NCBI GenBank assembly: GCA_000002445.1 | Contig: CP000071.1 | Location: forward strand, 864,001-928,000 | From: Trypanosoma brucei | Lineage: Eukaryota | Reading direction: 5' to 3' | Length of the DNA stretch: 64,000 bases | Part shown: one piece after another, positions 63,001 to 64,000 of the stretch | Layout of the letters: the number at the start of each line of letters is the position of its first letter | Position numbering within the stretch: position 1 is the first letter of the stretch | The notes under the pieces: model-generated | Databases searched by the model: none | What the model was told of the DNA's origin: nothing | What the model saw: only the letters and a program-made list of their open reading frames with translations | Translations under genes and position numbers: made by a program

Positions 63001-64000
63001 ATCTGAGGATCCACGCTGCGGGATGCGGACGGAGACTGTTTACGTTCGACGTGGCGTGAGGAACCTGCTACGGCGGTTCGCTGTGGAGTGGGGCATTCCG
63101 CTGTTGCTGGTAACCAAATCGTCGCGCAGCCGCGCTGAGGCCATACTGCGGCAGCTGCTCGACCCCGAGGGGGAGCTTTTCCCGATTGATCGCGGACGTG
63201 TTTACACAGCGGAGTTCCTAGTGAACTCAGTGCCCCACTCCGGCTTTTCCTCGCAAAGTATGGGTTCCTGCCCCACCAGTATTGATGGCGTGACAGATGT
63301 TGGTGCCATGGACGCAGAAAGTTGGCGTGAATACCGGCGGCGTTTGTGTGACTCGCGGAAGTCCACTACTGATGTACTGCGGGTGTGGGACCAGCTGTTT
63401 TCCTCCACTGAGGGAGTAGCACCGGTGCGTCGCGCACGAAGTGTTGCCGTGCTGGATGACATGCCTCAACTGTGGAGCGAGTCAGACTGGCCACGCACCG
63501 TAGCTGTTGCTCCGTACACGCTGGACCGTGTGGATCCAGATGAGTACTTTTCAGCCGGAGGCCTCATCGCGTCTCTGCTACTTTCAGTGCTCTATAGCAA
63601 GAATTCTGTGGTGTGCCCGTTACGTATGCGTCGCTTCGTTGCCGGGGGAAGTGGTTCCTATGGGTGCGGGACGGTATATGGTGAGGAGGCCACGTGCGAT
63701 TTCCGTGGCGGTGTTCAAGGGTATGGCCCTGGTGGAGAGCGCGACACCGTTTATGGCGAGGTGGAAGTACAACATGAGGACAGCACCTGTCATACGTGCA
63801 TGTCGGATGACACCGATTCCTTGGATTACTGTGGAAGGTCGTCCCCCCCACCGACTCCCTGTTTCGTTACCCTGGAGGGTGGTGGGGGTGTTTCTGTAGC
63901 TGGAGAGGAAGGGGTGGGCGATATAGTGGTTGTTGAGGAGGGAGGTTTAGATCTCCCGGAGGTGAGTGTATGGAACACTGCGGACGTGGAGGATGTAGCG
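60095..64000 (+). CDS. Very large protein, 5' end only (>=1302 codons; runs off the window), containing an FCP1/NIF-type (HAD-family) phosphatase domain.
   Basis: There is an in-frame TGA at 60065-60067 and then the ATG at 60095. I read the frame (positions congruent to 2 mod 3) by hand to position 64000 without a stop. The ORF track lists no plus-strand ORF in that frame after 60095, which is consistent. The DxDxT phosphatase motif VLMVDMDRTLVDN lies at ~62800-62840, followed by LLLVTKSSRSRAEAIL and VAVLDDMPQLW, matching the FCP1-homology pattern (DLDETLV … ViivDDsp..w). Confidence 0.6.
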   Translation, partial: MLRNLQAPPDLEPPAPQLLAVRGCSLITSRWLQVLSYILAEVCSSATLLDDYVRATLNVSHHLLSAWHSIAVAAHRPREQRTSGSSSGWRSVSRDGTVPQTDRVRWEKEATAARHVELVRHLVVMALLQQFLSVPVSGSSDTVLRDLLLRHRRWRQRRAGKGRFTELGDAEGGLVGDDDNNCDGGGPRAPRGRDREESKNNKRPRPHSVDRFGCSSSWSTLPSMGQRPDDDCSICDEERCDDNTCSSVDLRLFMRAAVAMNPTACALQLISRCIVCIQSDWSCDCKDGAPPTSPVGFRGPDAGDGGVAGNRYFVFVASRDVAACEHSGPCFGNRKFIFVHCERPSCEDVEPSRCSRHCPVVIPPPETAAGTVAPIALVASRRGGGPLLGDGGVWGHVMRSMRQLRLELGRGGLGVPARSGVVACLPSVARPACNAQGRPSFSREGAGRFLLPPLAPNRRCSTEHCMGCGPLPTDARSQRGIDSGEDGSVGESDEGRSSWFLMYSDRCSATGAFFSGAVPSVGRLIAFPSPLTGSSSEPVPVVQPTSNLESVDVPLEQAIFLPPAAGHEVRHTGRPSTEVDEYSKSVMAGHVAFAEEVAARLEFWCARGSPRRCYYDPVVLNSAGDNGDGASGGTDVGARRGSNDTNGCVSEGENAGDWMEETMPLMLLFTQVGTVRFQLLGDTVYCNPRSRGLLITAISEATELVICGTRESRVHRGWHKRCDNGRSDGRAGNGVGRRRTRGESVSGVCGASDLTLSAGVSGGASLHVYYDVAVEVCVCWAQGEVLGDGEKDCQTALEGTSVGNAKGSPYGSRCGQLLSRREQNQRRSERLKTEFRLAHSDRLDALLVDGRNAKPIASVTLVPSTAPGWPTQSATRAVQDTRFIVQSFSHYVAPLLNHLREDKVLMVDMDRTLVDNAIISRNRLAHGFLDNPLWRAQFHMGSSQEEGQADEREALERHCEASGMVSYFVSEDPRCGMRTETVYVRRGVRNLLRRFAVEWGIPLLLVTKSSRSRAEAILRQLLDPEGELFPIDRGRVYTAEFLVNSVPHSGFSSQSMGSCPTSIDGVTDVGAMDAESWREYRRRLCDSRKSTTDVLRVWDQLFSSTEGVAPVRRARSVAVLDDMPQLWSESDWPRTVAVAPYTLDRVDPDEYFSAGGLIASLLLSVLYSKNSVVCPLRMRRFVAGGSGSYGCGTVYGEEATCDFRGGVQGYGPGGERDTVYGEVEVQHEDSTCHTCMSDDTDSLDYCGRSSPPPTPCFVTLEGGGGVSVAGEEGVGDIVVVEEGGLDLPEVSVWNTADVEDVA

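Overview
The window reads as trypanosomatid nuclear DNA and resembles the Trypanosoma brucei group. Genes are intron-less, densely packed and arranged as polycistronic blocks. Most ORFs are preceded by a polypyrimidine tract followed by AG (a trans-splice acceptor), and there are no bacterial signals. Three large minus-strand genes (1.6-12.2 kb) end at a roughly 2 kb divergent strand-switch region (12.2-14.2 kb). Every confident gene from 14.2 kb to the window end is on the plus strand. The dominant structure is a head-to-tail tandem array (17.7-26.0 kb, period 2020 bp) of near-identical glycoside hydrolase family 47 (GH47; class I alpha-1,2-mannosidase / EDEM-like) genes, flanked by a 5'-truncated and a 3'-truncated copy. 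The array copies differ by mosaic sequence patches, one of which swaps a conserved catalytic-site glutamate for glycine in two copies. Downstream plus-strand genes include a leucine-rich-repeat protein, a Rossmann-fold SAM methyltransferase (possibly Bmt2-like), a HAD-like hydrolase, a Fhit-like HIT protein, a 5-formyltetrahydrofolate cyclo-ligase, and several hypothetical or coiled-coil proteins. They also include a DEAD-box-fold protein with degenerate ATPase motifs, a single-pass membrane protein, an M17 leucyl aminopeptidase with a lysine-rich C-terminal tail, and a giant protein (partial, runs off the window) with an FCP1/NIF-type phosphatase domain. A 6.4 kb gene-free, low-complexity, pyrimidine-rich stretch (45.1-51.5 kb) sits inside the plus-strand unit. 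Many entries in the supplied ORF track begin at GTG or TTG and run through pyrimidine-rich untranslated sequence, so I re-anchored starts to the first in-frame ATG after the splice-acceptor tract. No tRNA, rRNA, CRISPR or clear mobile element was identified by eye. I found no self-contained undescribed system; the GH47 array with its alternating catalytic-Glu patch is the most unusual feature. All functional calls rest on motif recognition and remembered family alignments, not database searches.
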